64,000 nucleotides of DNA. Source: a bacterium. Lineage in GTDB: Bacteria > UBA8248. The stretch lies in assembly GCA_965207065.1 (NCBI GenBank), contig OZ242260.1, positions 2,272,001 through 2,336,000 of the forward strand, read 5' to 3'. Position numbers and translations under genes: made by a program. Position 1 is the first letter of the stretch. Each line of letters starts with the position of its first letter. Below, piece after piece: positions 41,700-51,611 of this stretch. Under the pieces are notes generated by a model. That model did not search any database and was not told where the DNA came from. It was given only the letters and a program-made list of their open reading frames with translations.

Positions 41700-42674
41700 G
41701 CCCGTCCGTCAGCCACTCTAACTTGCGGCTGATGCAGGCGGCCAGTGCGGCGTCCGGCGCGGCGAAAGCGAAACCGCCGTGTTCGGCCTCGGGGTCCAGG
41801 GCCGTGACCGCGAATTCGCCGCCTGAGGCGTGGGCCGCGTCACGGTTGCCTATTTCGCCTCACGCCACCGCATCTATCCGGCCGGCACGAAGGGCCGCCA
41901 TGAGTTCCGCCTCGCCGAGTTTCGAACCGAGGTAGGCCACCCGGGGCATGCCCATCGAGGGTGGCTCGATGGACAAGCGTCCCGCGAAGATCGGCGACGA
42001 GCCGGCGGCATCGATGACGTAGTCCCCGCTCCCGTCGGCCACCGCGTCGCTACGCGGTGTACGGACGCGGGCGCCGGCAGTAAGGATTCCTGAGGAACTC
42101 GCGAGACCCGTCAACGCCAGCAAGCGCGCCTCGCCCGTCGTTCCCGCAATGACGCCGACGCGGACGCTGCTCCCCAAGTCCTCATGCCTGCGGATGCGCC
42201 CGGCGTCTGCGGCACGCACCAGAAGCAACTGGCGGAACGCGATGTGCCCCGACGTAAAGACGACGGCCTCCTCCCAGCCGCATCGAGAGTTCGCGAATCG
42301 AGGATCGTGATGCCCCCGCCCACCATGTCGAACTGCGATCCGGCCGCGCGAAGCCAGATGTTCTTCCAAGACGCGATGCCGCGGCGGGAAAAAGAGAGGC
42401 CCGCGCCCTTCATCGCTTCGAGGGCGCTCAACAGATTCGACTCGTAGCCTAGATGGACGTGGGAGCCGGCGGAATTTGGAGCGGGGTCGGCGCTGTAGCT
42501 CACCGGTTTGAAGAAGGCATAGTATCCGAATATCAGAGGACGTCCATCACTCGTGCAAGCCACCGAAGGTGTGGCGAACGCGCCGACAGCGAGAACGAGA
42601 CAAACCATCGAGGCGCAGGCGGCGAGTGATGTCCGTCCGGGCAGGCGGGAAAACAGCGCAAGCATGCCTTTCAT
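41700..42674 (-). pseudogene. Family-3 substrate-binding protein, frameshifted
   Basis: FKPVSY, DMVGGGIT, VGVIAGTTGE and GRIDAVA across frames. Confidence 0.6.
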
Positions 42675-42987
42675 CCTTTCGGACGTAATGGAGTGGCGGC
42701 GAATTCGTGATGGAATCCTGCGCCTGAGAACGGCATTCTCGTATCATCCGCGCAATCGCCCAAGCGTCGAACCCGTACCATCTTTCGAATTCACCGGTTT
42801 CTCGACGTCATATCCGTCCCTCACATCCATTTCTTCACGTCGCTTGGTTTTGAGAGCGAATGAGAGTTTGGCCTTTTTCCAGAATGGTTTCGAATACTCT
42901 TCGAACCCAATTGTAACCCCGCTGTGATAAAATGCGGCGTACGCGGACGACGGATGGATCCCACAACAGCAGAAGGAAACGCAAGCC

Positions 42988-43184
42988 ATGAAGCTGGGCG
43001 TATTGACGGGGACGGCGACTGCCCCGGCCTGAACGCGGTCATCCGCGCGGCGACGGCATCGAACTTCCACCGGGGAAGCCATACGCTGGGTATCCGCCCG
43101 GGCTGGCACGGCCTGGTGGACGGCGATTTCACCGAGATTACGGGCCCGGTGATCTCCGGTATCAGTGACAATACCATCGCTTAA
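42988..43184 (+). pseudogene. pfkA: 6-phosphofructokinase N-terminal fragment
   Basis: MKLGVLTG / GDCPGLNAVIRA...GW.GL. Confidence 0.75.
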
Positions 43185-43355
43185 CCGAAAAACTATAAGG
43201 GGCCGACGAGGCAGCTGCAAAGTTGCTTTTCTTCACGATTCGTAACGCAGAGGTCCTTAGGGGCGCCGCGTTGACTGGAGCGCTGCGAAGGGGCAGTTTG
43301 CCATTGTGTTTGGGGAATACCCAGATGTTCGGACAGCCCCTTCAGGAGGTTTCGA

Positions 43356-45113
43356 ATGATGTCCGTTTTTACCTCCAGGATTGTTGGACTCGTCGCCATG
43401 ATCGCAATCATGTCCGGCTGCAGCAGCGCAACCAGACAAGGCCACGGCGTCCCGCCTGCAGGAGAATTGTTCCACGGGCAGAAAGCATTGATGGAAAAAG
43501 TCGAAGCCGGAGGTCCCCTCGAGGGTGTTCTGACGATTATCGATACGGAGTGCCGGGTTGCGGAATCCCACTGCGCCGTGGTCACTGAAACCGCCGCGGC
43601 GTTCGGAACACCTCGGGGAAACATACTCCACACGGAAAAAGGGCGCTTCGGCGATGCCGACTATGAGTCCGTGCTTACTCACCCTGAAACGCTCGAAGAA
43701 CTCATTGCATCCGGCGGATTGGAGGCCATAATCGAGGAGTTGAAACTTCTTGGGACGGCTCCGGGGACTTTCCTGACCCGGGCAACGTGGGAGGCGCACA
43801 GAGAACGGACGAAAGTCGTGGTCATGCCGTTCGGTCCGGTTTTCAACCGGCCGGGAGACGGTTCCCTGATCGCAAGTCGCAACATGCTGTTTGTCGCGTC
43901 AATCGGAAACGTCATCACCGATGAGAGCCAGCCGTTCGACAAGGATAGCTTCGTGCGCAACTGGTACACGCCCGGCTGGTGCAGCGATCGGGAATCGGTG
44001 GAGCGGCGCACGGGCAGCGGCAACTTCTATTGCGATCTCCTGAACGACGCACAGCTCGCCAGCATCTTCAGGAACCTGAAGGAGGCGCAGGGAAAGGCTC
44101 TGTATGCGACCTGGGGAGACATCAAGGACGGAGAAGTCACGCCCTATCCTTTTGCGGTGAGCTGCGGGGAAGCGAAGAACGATTGCTTCACGGTCATCCT
44201 GCCGCCTGAGCATCGGGGCCGGAAGATCGAGAGTTTCGATGATATGGCGCAATACGCCGTCGGCACCTCGTTTGCGTCGCCGGCTCTCGGCAGCTATCTC
44301 TTTTATCTTTCCCAACTCTGGGACGATGCGGGAGAGGTGCGCAGGATTCTCAACGAATGCGCCATCGACGTTGGAGAACCCGGAATCGACAGGGAATTCG
44401 GCCGGGGCGTTGCGAGCGCCGACTGTCCGCAGGTGGCGAAGAGGGAAAGGACCACCGCGCGGGCGAGCGTCTCACTTGACATGCGCTCGCCGCTGATGAA
44501 TGCGCGGGATGCGGTGGTGTCTGCTGCCGCGGCGAGGGGCTACGAGGGGTCCAGGTCTTCGCGGCGGGAATCCGAATCCGGCGCGAGGGGGCCGCTTTCG
44601 TTCCACACCGCCCGGCCGCGGGGCGGGGCGAGAGCGCCGCTTCGGTTTTCGTTCGCCTCCTCGGCGCGGCAGCGTGTCGTTCCGGAGATTTACCTGGCGG
44701 AGGGCATTCTGGGCGCCGGGGTGACGAAACGCTTCACCACCGGCGAGAGCATCTCCTTATCGTTCGGGCATGGGTACGACACCCTTGCGGCGTCTTCCTT
44801 CCTGGCCGGCCCCGGACGCCGGGAATCGTTCATGGAGGTCGGCGTGCGTAAGCCGCTACTTCTAGGCCGAAACACGCTCGTCGAACTGTCGGGTTCATAC
44901 GGGCGGGTGAACGATGAAATGCGACTCCAGGTATTCAGGGCGGGACTGAGGTCGGTGCATCGGGAAGGCAACCATAGCGTTGCATTCGACCTCGCGTATG
45001 CGCGGGCGGCCGGTTCTCTCGGCATCCCCGGCTATAGAGACGTGGGCAGGAACAAGGTCCCCTTCATGAAGGAGTCGTTTGACACCGCCGTTTCCTGGCG
45101 CCTGGAATTTTGA
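43356..45113 (+). CDS. Lipoprotein with subtilase-like (S8) domain and C-terminal beta-barrel (autotransporter-like)
   Basis: Lipobox MSGC; IIDT, SHC, GTSFASP and DVGEPGIDREFGRG; terminal WRLEF. Confidence 0.7.
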   Translation: MMSVFTSRIVGLVAMIAIMSGCSSATRQGHGVPPAGELFHGQKALMEKVEAGGPLEGVLTIIDTECRVAESHCAVVTETAAAFGTPRGNILHTEKGRFGDADYESVLTHPETLEELIASGGLEAIIEELKLLGTAPGTFLTRATWEAHRERTKVVVMPFGPVFNRPGDGSLIASRNMLFVASIGNVITDESQPFDKDSFVRNWYTPGWCSDRESVERRTGSGNFYCDLLNDAQLASIFRNLKEAQGKALYATWGDIKDGEVTPYPFAVSCGEAKNDCFTVILPPEHRGRKIESFDDMAQYAVGTSFASPALGSYLFYLSQLWDDAGEVRRILNECAIDVGEPGIDREFGRGVASADCPQVAKRERTTARASVSLDMRSPLMNARDAVVSAAAARGYEGSRSSRRESESGARGPLSFHTARPRGGARAPLRFSFASSARQRVVPEIYLAEGILGAGVTKRFTTGESISLSFGHGYDTLAASSFLAGPGRRESFMEVGVRKPLLLGRNTLVELSGSYGRVNDEMRLQVFRAGLRSVHREGNHSVAFDLAYARAAGSLGIPGYRDVGRNKVPFMKESFDTAVSWRLEF

Positions 45114-45358
45114 ATTCATCGGTACGCATCGTTTACGGGTGAACCGTTATCGAGGCGGCTCTGCATAATGGCGCGCATTGTCCGGACGCCGATGCCGTAA
45201 GAGTTTTTTATAAAACAATTCATTCCAATAATCCCGGCAATTCGGGCGCGACTTCTGAGATATTCCGGTTGATTTGTACGATTTCCTCCTCTCGTCCGTC
45301 CCGATCCATTTTGCGTATGATGGCCTGCGCCGCGAACATCGCGGAGCGAAGCAGGTGG

Positions 45359-47287
45359 GTGCGCCAGGCTAACTGGTGCCAGTGCAGCCGGTGAAAGTCC
45401 GGCGGGAAGGAGAAGGTGAGCCACCACTTCCACCCCGAGTCATGGGCCTACGCTCGCGAGGGCGGGGGTCAAGCGTTGACAGGGGCGCGTGCGGGTAGGG
45501 CTAATGAGCACCGAAAAAGCGCATTTCCGGGATGCCGAGGCCGTCCATCTGGCCGAAGGCAGCATTCGACCCACCGACATGGCGAGGGGGGCCGGAATCC
45601 CGCGGTGTCTAAGAACCCATACACGTACGTACGCACTGCACCGGGACCTGGGAGGTCTCCATGTCACCCCGCTGTCGTGGCGGGGTCGCTGACGAAAGGA
45701 GGAGTCCGTAACCGATGATGAACGGCATGGAGAAGTCAGACTCGGCCATAGTAGCCGTGAAGTCGGCGAACAAAGGGGCGGCAGCCCCGGCGGAGCCGAT
45801 GGAGCCAAGGGCCGAGCTCGAGGGGAATCCGGAGGGCCAAAGCACGTACCGGACGCAGGACCGGGAAAGCGTGTCACAAGCGGCCGACCGGATACGGCAG
45901 TTTGTACAAAGGGAACCTGGGATGCGTCTCACGACGCTCCTCCACCATATCACGGTCGATGCGCTGCGCTGGGCCTTCTTCGAGATGAAGAGGGACGCGG
46001 CGGCAGGCGCGGACGGCGTGACATGGCGGATGTACGAGGAAGGGCTGGGAAGCCGTCTGGCCGACCTGCACGACCGCGTGCACTCGGGGGCGTTCCGGGC
46101 GACGCCGTCACGGCGGGTGAATATCCCGAAGCCGGATGGCGGGACACGACCGCTCGGCGTCGCAGCCATCGAGGACAAGATAGTCCAGAAGGCGGTGATG
46201 GAGATAATCCTGACGCCGATTTACGAGGCGGAGTTCCTGGGGTTCAGCTACGGGTTCCGGCCCGGGCGTGGAGCGCACGACGCGCTCGATGCGCTCGCGG
46301 TCGGCATCGACCGGCGCAAGATCAACTGGGTGGTCGATTGTGACATCCGCGCATTTTTCGACACGGTTTCGAGGGACTGGCTGGTCCGGTTTCTGGAGCA
46401 CCGCATCGGAGACAAGCGGGTTATCAGGCTGATCATCAAGTGGTTGAACGCCGGCGTCATGGAAGATGGAGAGTGGCGGGACGACTTGCGGGGGACGCCT
46501 CAAGGCTCGGTGATTTCGCCGAGTCTCGCAAACGTCTACCTGCACTATGTCCTCGATCTCTGGTTCCATAAGAAGTGGCGCAGCCGCGAAGCCAACGGCG
46601 AGTCGATCATCGTACGATATGCTGACGATTTCGTGGTGGGTTTTCAGCACAAGCGGGACGCGGAGCGCTTTCTGGACGCCGTGAAGGAGCGGTTCGGACG
46701 CTTCGATCTGGAACTACATCCCGACAAGACCCGGCTCATCGAGTTCGGGCGTTTTGCCAAAGAGAACCGACAACAGAGCGGTCAAGGCAAACCGGAGACC
46801 TTCGACTTTCTGGGCTTCACGCACTACTGCGCGAAGACCAGAGGAGGGCACTTCCAGTTGGGGCGCAAGCCAGTTGCGAAGCGGACGACGCGCACACTGA
46901 AGCGGATCAAGGAGGTGCTGCACAGGCGGATGCACGACAACATCAGGGATACGGCCAAGTGGCTGGGTAAAGTGGTCGATGGATGGCTGAATTACTATGC
47001 AGTCCCGGCCAGCTACCGGCACCTGTACCGCTTCCTCTTTCGCCTGAAGCGGGTGTGGCTCGACATAATACGCCGCAGATCGCAAAAGGACCGGTTCGCC
47101 TGGGCCAGCATCCACAGGCTAATTGCGCGATACTGGCCCAAGCTGGAAATCCGACATCCGTGGCCGGATCAACGATTTGCCGTCAATGCCTAAGCGGGGG
47201 CAAAACCCGAGGGAGGAGCCGGATGCCTTAGCGGGCACGTCCGGATCTGAGCGGGGGGCGCCGGGTAACCGGCGTCCCTACCGCAAT
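45359..47287 (+). mobile_element. Intact group II intron (class E-like)
   Basis: 5' GTGCG; EBS1 CCATCT (45545-45550) pairs with IBS1 AGGTGG; domain V GAGCCGGATGCC...CACGTCCGGATC; 3' CTACCGCAAT. Confidence 0.92.
45715..47193 (+). CDS. ltrA: Group II intron RT/maturase, no endonuclease domain
   Basis: GTPQGSVISP, YADD, LHPDKT and FDFLGFTH. Confidence 0.95.
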   Translation: MMNGMEKSDSAIVAVKSANKGAAAPAEPMEPRAELEGNPEGQSTYRTQDRESVSQAADRIRQFVQREPGMRLTTLLHHITVDALRWAFFEMKRDAAAGADGVTWRMYEEGLGSRLADLHDRVHSGAFRATPSRRVNIPKPDGGTRPLGVAAIEDKIVQKAVMEIILTPIYEAEFLGFSYGFRPGRGAHDALDALAVGIDRRKINWVVDCDIRAFFDTVSRDWLVRFLEHRIGDKRVIRLIIKWLNAGVMEDGEWRDDLRGTPQGSVISPSLANVYLHYVLDLWFHKKWRSREANGESIIVRYADDFVVGFQHKRDAERFLDAVKERFGRFDLELHPDKTRLIEFGRFAKENRQQSGQGKPETFDFLGFTHYCAKTRGGHFQLGRKPVAKRTTRTLKRIKEVLHRRMHDNIRDTAKWLGKVVDGWLNYYAVPASYRHLYRFLFRLKRVWLDIIRRRSQKDRFAWASIHRLIARYWPKLEIRHPWPDQRFAVNA

Positions 47288-48081
47288 ATTTCCGCCTCGG
47301 TTCGCGGCCATTCGCGACGCTCCAGGGCCTCCATCGCGAGTTCGACCACGAGTCTGTCGGGTGAATTTTCCCGCCATTCGGCTTCTTTTCGAGGCGCTTC
47401 CACTGATCTGATTTCACCATGACGTTGATTTGTATCGTCCGGAGCACCGGTTTTGCTGCTTCTTCATGAAATTTTTCACCCTGATCGATCGCAAAACGGG
47501 CCGGAAAAATCCCGTTTTCTGCATCGGGTGCACTACATTTTGAGCGCGTGCACCTTCAAATTGCCCCGGCCCATGAAATACCAGAATGGTATCCATCATA
47601 GCGCAGCGCAGGCCTGTTCGATACCAATTCAGTATCTCCGCAGGGGAAAGGCCATTCGCTGCTACCGCCGGTCACTCGATCCATCCATATGAGGGGCAAG
47701 CGGAGCGCAGGCATTCGCATCATGGGCGACCCGCCACCTGAAAGATATCAGGATGGTATTACATTTTCCGGCGCGACGGGAGCACTCAGGAATACGAATT
47801 TTCACGGCATACTGCACGCAGTCGTATCACTGTAACACCAGCATCAGCGATGCGTCTGGTGTACTGAAAGAAACGCCGAAGGGCGGCTAGCGCAGGGATT
47901 CTTGGGAACGCGAGTCGAGGGGATTTTTGCCGGCGGGAATGGCGAGCGGGAGCCGCCGCGGTGATTGAGCGGGAGGAGGCGATCGGAGCAACCAGGAGAG
48001 GTGCGGTGGAATGATCGAGGAAAGAGGCGACGGGCCGCACCGTCCGATAGTCAGACGACGCGACCCGTCAGGTGCTTCACA

Positions 48082-49002
48082 TCAGGCGGCGATTTTCTGA
48101 ACGGGGATGCCGAGGGTTTTAGCTTTGTCGACGAGGTTGTCCGTGATGCCCGAACCCGGGAAGGCGATCACGCCCTTGGGGAGAAGGCTGAGGAGTTCGT
48201 CGTTGCGCCTGAAGGGAGCCGCCCTGCCGTGGGCGTCCCAGTCGGGTTTGCAGACGACCTGGTGGACGCCGTTCCGCTCGGCCCATCCCGCCGCTATCTT
48301 CTCTGCACCCGGGCCGCCGCCGTGGACAAGGACGACGTCGGCGTACTTGGCCTTGAGGCGGTCGAGGTGTGCGATGATTTTCCCCGCATCGTTCGCCTCC
48401 TTTCCACCCGCGACGGCGACGAGGGTTCCCTGGGGAAGATGGGCCGTGCTCTCGCGGTCTTTTCTGGCTCGCTGGAAGTCGCGCGCCTCGATCACCGCCG
48501 ATGTGAGCTTGCCGGTCTGGCTGACGTGTGATCCTCGCCTCGGCCGCCATACCTCGCCGGTCTCGATGCGGTAGGCCTCTGCGGCCGTGTCCCTGAGTCC
48601 CTCGAACGCATCGCGCCTGTCATTCAAGTTCTGTGCTCGGTCGGTCTTGAGTTCGAGTTCGCGGGAGCGGATCTCGGAGCCGTCCTGCTCGCGCTGTAGT
48701 TCTCGGATGCCGGGGATGAGTTTGTCGGCGGCGCGGTCGAGGCGCTGTGTCTGCGCGTCGAGGGTGTTGACGAAGCCCCACAGGAGGTTTCTTCGCTCGT
48801 CGGCAAGCTGTGTGCCGTCGGGTGCGGCTTCCGCGAGTGCGCCGAAGGCCTTGATGACGGCGGCGGTTGCCTCGCCCTCGTCCCACACGGGGCGGTTGTC
48901 GAACTCATCCGGCCCGGGCGTGGCGCCGAAGAGCGCCGCCTGCTCGCAGACCATGGCGGTGAAGGATTCGTTCTGCGCTTCGTGTTCCGTGTGCTCGTGC
49001 AT
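48082..49002 (-). CDS. DUF2493 (SLOG-like) protein typical of ICE/plasmid backbones
   Basis: LVHGG..GAEKIAAGWA, KPDW..HGRAAPFRRND and FPGSGIT.NL.DKA. Confidence 0.75.
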   Translation of the reverse strand: MHEHTEHEAQNESFTAMVCEQAALFGATPGPDEFDNRPVWDEGEATAAVIKAFGALAEAAPDGTQLADERRNLLWGFVNTLDAQTQRLDRAADKLIPGIRELQREQDGSEIRSRELELKTDRAQNLNDRRDAFEGLRDTAAEAYRIETGEVWRPRRGSHVSQTGKLTSAVIEARDFQRARKDRESTAHLPQGTLVAVAGGKEANDAGKIIAHLDRLKAKYADVVLVHGGGPGAEKIAAGWAERNGVHQVVCKPDWDAHGRAAPFRRNDELLSLLPKGVIAFPGSGITDNLVDKAKTLGIPVQKIAA

Positions 49003-49062
49003 GGTGCTCTCCTTGTGGTCGTGAGTCGCGGTGGCAGTCATCGTTCACTCCTTTGGTTGTCC

Positions 49063-49434
49063 TCAAGCGAGGGGATGGTTGTATTCAGGAAGAGCGTAGC
49101 CACGCTCGTTGCGCCCCACTTCCCTGGGCATTTCGTCGAGATACCCGGCTGCCCACTCGGCGGCGCGGGCGAGGACGTCGCCGTGACACGGGAGGGGCCG
49201 GCAGTGGCAGCCGAGTTCGCAGCCTTGCAGGTCGGCGAGTTCGTGGAGGTTCACCTCCTCCTGCTGGATTTTTCTCCACAGCCATCGCCGGTATTTCTCG
49301 ATGACGGCGTCTCGGTCGCCGTCGGTGCCGACGCGGAAGGGATTTCCCCACTTCGTCATGCGGTCGATCCTCACCATCAAGCCGCTGCCGGGTTCATCGA
49401 CATAGTCGTTCAGGTTCACCACGGTGGTTTCCAT
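49063..49434 (-). CDS. DUF4326 protein
   Basis: R.TKWGNPF and LGCHCRP.PCHGDVL. Confidence 0.8.
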   Translation of the reverse strand: METTVVNLNDYVDEPGSGLMVRIDRMTKWGNPFRVGTDGDRDAVIEKYRRWLWRKIQQEEVNLHELADLQGCELGCHCRPLPCHGDVLARAAEWAAGYLDEMPREVGRNERGYALPEYNHPLA

Positions 49435-49467
49435 GCCTTTCTCCTCCAGAGAGTTAACGGATATGCT

Positions 49468-49661
49468 TCTTAGCGCCCCATTTTCAGCACGTGTTAGGCG
49501 TGGGCGTCAGGGGCGGTTTTCAGTCTTTTTTTCACCCGGAGGGCGCGCAGCGGAAAAAATCCATGCTTCACCGATTTTTTCTGAAAAAAAAGATGCTTTT
49601 GCGTTATTTGCAAAAGCACCCTTGACCCCGCGCCGTGCGTGCTAAAATGAGGACGCTAAGA
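49468..49661. promoter_or_regulatory. Long branched hairpin; candidate Frpo-like ssDNA promoter
   Basis: Arms 49468-49533 and 49582-49661 are complementary; TTGACC (49622) and TAAAAT (49643) lie on the 3' arm. Confidence 0.55.
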
Positions 49662-49981
49662 GAGAGACAGTTGATTCGCCACCGGGACACAAGAGCTTCT
49701 GGTGTTTCACGATGAAGGCGAAGCTCATCGGGAAACAATCTCTCATGCTGCGGAGAGGGTCATTTCGGGCCGTTATTCGGCCCGAAATTCCCGCAGCGGG
49801 GGGTGGACCGAGCCACTGTCCTGAATACGGGATAATTGCAGCGTGCATGCCGATCTTCCGTGAACATGGTTCATCGTTCACGGAACCGGAGATTCTTCAG
49901 GAGTTCCCTGTAGACGAGAGAAGCAGGCAGGGCGGGAAAGGCGCGGGCGCTTCGGCGGTGGACTTCCTCTGGATAACGAAC

Positions 49982-50018
49982 AAAAAAAACGAGCCGACGC
50001 GCGAGGCGCCGGCCCGTT
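49982..50018 (-). terminator. Intrinsic terminator of ssb
   Basis: GC stem followed by a T-run on the minus strand. Confidence 0.6.
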
Positions 50019-50024
50019 GTGAGG

Positions 50025-50465
50025 TTAGAAAGGAATCTCGTCGGCTGCTCCATCGACTGCCGCCGCCACCGTCTCGGCGTGCGCGCCGTTACCGTTGCCA
50101 TTTCCGTTCCCGTTCACCTTGTCCAGGAACTGGATTCTCCCGCCCGGGGCGATCAGTATCTCGGTCGAGAACCGGTCCGAATCCTCCTCGTCCTTCTTCC
50201 ATCGGCGGGTCTGGAGCTTGCCCGCCACGTAGACCAGGCGGCCCTTCTTCGCGTGCTTTTCGAACATATCCATCAGGCCGGGCTGGAAGGTCACGACCCG
50301 GTGCCACTCGGTCTTGTCCACCCGGTCGCCGGATTGCTTGTCGACGTAGCCCTCGTCGGTGGCGATCGAGAGGTTGGCGACGCGTCCGCCGCTCGCGAGA
50401 TGGTTGATGGTGACGTCGGCGCCGAGACGCCCGATCAGTTCCGCTCTGTTGAGTCCGAATGCCAT
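50025..50465 (-). CDS. ssb: Single-stranded DNA-binding protein
   Basis: LNRAELIGRLG.D, TEWHRVV, GKLQTR.W and the C-terminal tail DEIPF. Confidence 0.95.
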   Translation of the reverse strand: MAFGLNRAELIGRLGADVTINHLASGGRVANLSIATDEGYVDKQSGDRVDKTEWHRVVTFQPGLMDMFEKHAKKGRLVYVAGKLQTRRWKKDEEDSDRFSTEILIAPGGRIQFLDKVNGNGNGNGNGAHAETVAAAVDGAADEIPF

Positions 50466-50541
50466 TGTAGTACTCCTTCGTGGTGTGAGTGTGAAAAAAT
50501 GATGGTAGGAGAGAGCCTTTCTCTCCCCGCCCCGGTTCACC

Positions 50542-50676
50542 CTATACGCCTATCAAATCCTCCAACTCCTCTTTCGCCTCGGTGCGGATCACGCGGATCG
50601 CGTACGCGTCGAGTCCGAGTTCTGCGAGCAGTTCGTCCGCGGTGGGAACGTCGACGTCGTAGTCGTTTTCGTACAT
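50542..50676 (-). CDS. Small acidic protein (44 aa)
   Basis: RBS gaggagg; paralog at 3810-4025. Confidence 0.55.
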   Translation of the reverse strand: MYENDYDVDVPTADELLAELGLDAYAIRVIRTEAKEELEDLIGV

Positions 50677-50862
50677 GGCCAGCCTCCTCTCGGGGTTGTC
50701 GCCGGCGGCGGGAGCTGGAGACCGTCTCCCTCTCCCTACCGGGCATTTGCCCGGCTCTCCGCTTCGCTCTGCCTCTCCAACGGAGGGCCGCGACCGGTGA
50801 GGGATGCTCGCAGACCACGAGCCGGAACTTGCGCCCGCTCCGGGATTGTTGTGAGATGGGAC

Positions 50863-51222
50863 ATGGACAGACGAAGACGTACCGGGCGGCCTGGATTTTG
50901 GCCGCTGGCGCTCCTGTGGCTGCCGCTCGGGGTGTTCGCGACAGCCGCCGTGCTCTTCTGGACGGCGCCCGAGGCCTGGACACCGATGCTGCCGGAATCG
51001 GCGGCGTCCCTGGCTCCGTGCGGCCTGCCGCTCGCCCTGGCGTGCCGGAGGCTGTGGCGGCTGGGTTACCGTCGATCCGCCTGGGCAATGGGGGCGGGGC
51101 TCGGCGCGGTGACGGCACCGCTGGTGGCGGGACTGTCCGGCCCGCTCTCGATAGCCGCCTGGGCGGTCGTTCTCAGCCTCCCGGCCTGGATGATGTGGTG
51201 GTGGCTCACCGGGCGGAACTGA
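50863..51222 (+). CDS. Hypothetical membrane protein
   Basis: Paralog of 4211-4630. Confidence 0.6.
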   Translation: MDRRRRTGRPGFWPLALLWLPLGVFATAAVLFWTAPEAWTPMLPESAASLAPCGLPLALACRRLWRLGYRRSAWAMGAGLGAVTAPLVAGLSGPLSIAAWAVVLSLPAWMMWWWLTGRN

Positions 51223-51284
51223 AGCCGGCCGGCGGAGAGACGGCTGCGCAGTAGGGCGGCGGTCGTCAAACCCTCCCTCCACGT

Positions 51285-51489
51285 TCAGGCCCGCTCCTCT
51301 CCGACTCCCGCGAAGCGGAAGAGCGGCCCGAGCCGTTCGGTGAGGACAGAGGCGCCGAGCGCAGCGAGGTCGTCGTTGAAGTCGCCGCGCTCGGAGACGA
51401 TGACCGTGGCCGTGACGCTCGCCCGTGCGCAGCGTTTGACCAGGCGTTCCGCCGCGACCTCGCCTTCCACGTCGTTGTCCCGGGCGATG
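51285..51489 (-). pseudogene. Toprim/primase-like gene, C-terminal part (split by a RIT element)
   Basis: ARDND..G..AA..L...GDFNDDL. Confidence 0.8.
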
Positions 51490-51611
51490 CCGTTATGCCG
51501 AGCTCGGCATAACCGCATTAATGCCGAGAAGTGGATAATGCCGAGTGATCTGCTAAATACGGCTTGTTTACAGGGTTTTTCGGCACATTCACTCGGCATT
51601 ATATCTGGAGA

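Noticed and set aside
13753-47193. Retron, DGR or CRISPR-associated RT
   Set aside because: Both RTs sit inside recognisable group II intron RNA structures; no TR/VR pair, msr-msd or cas genes seen
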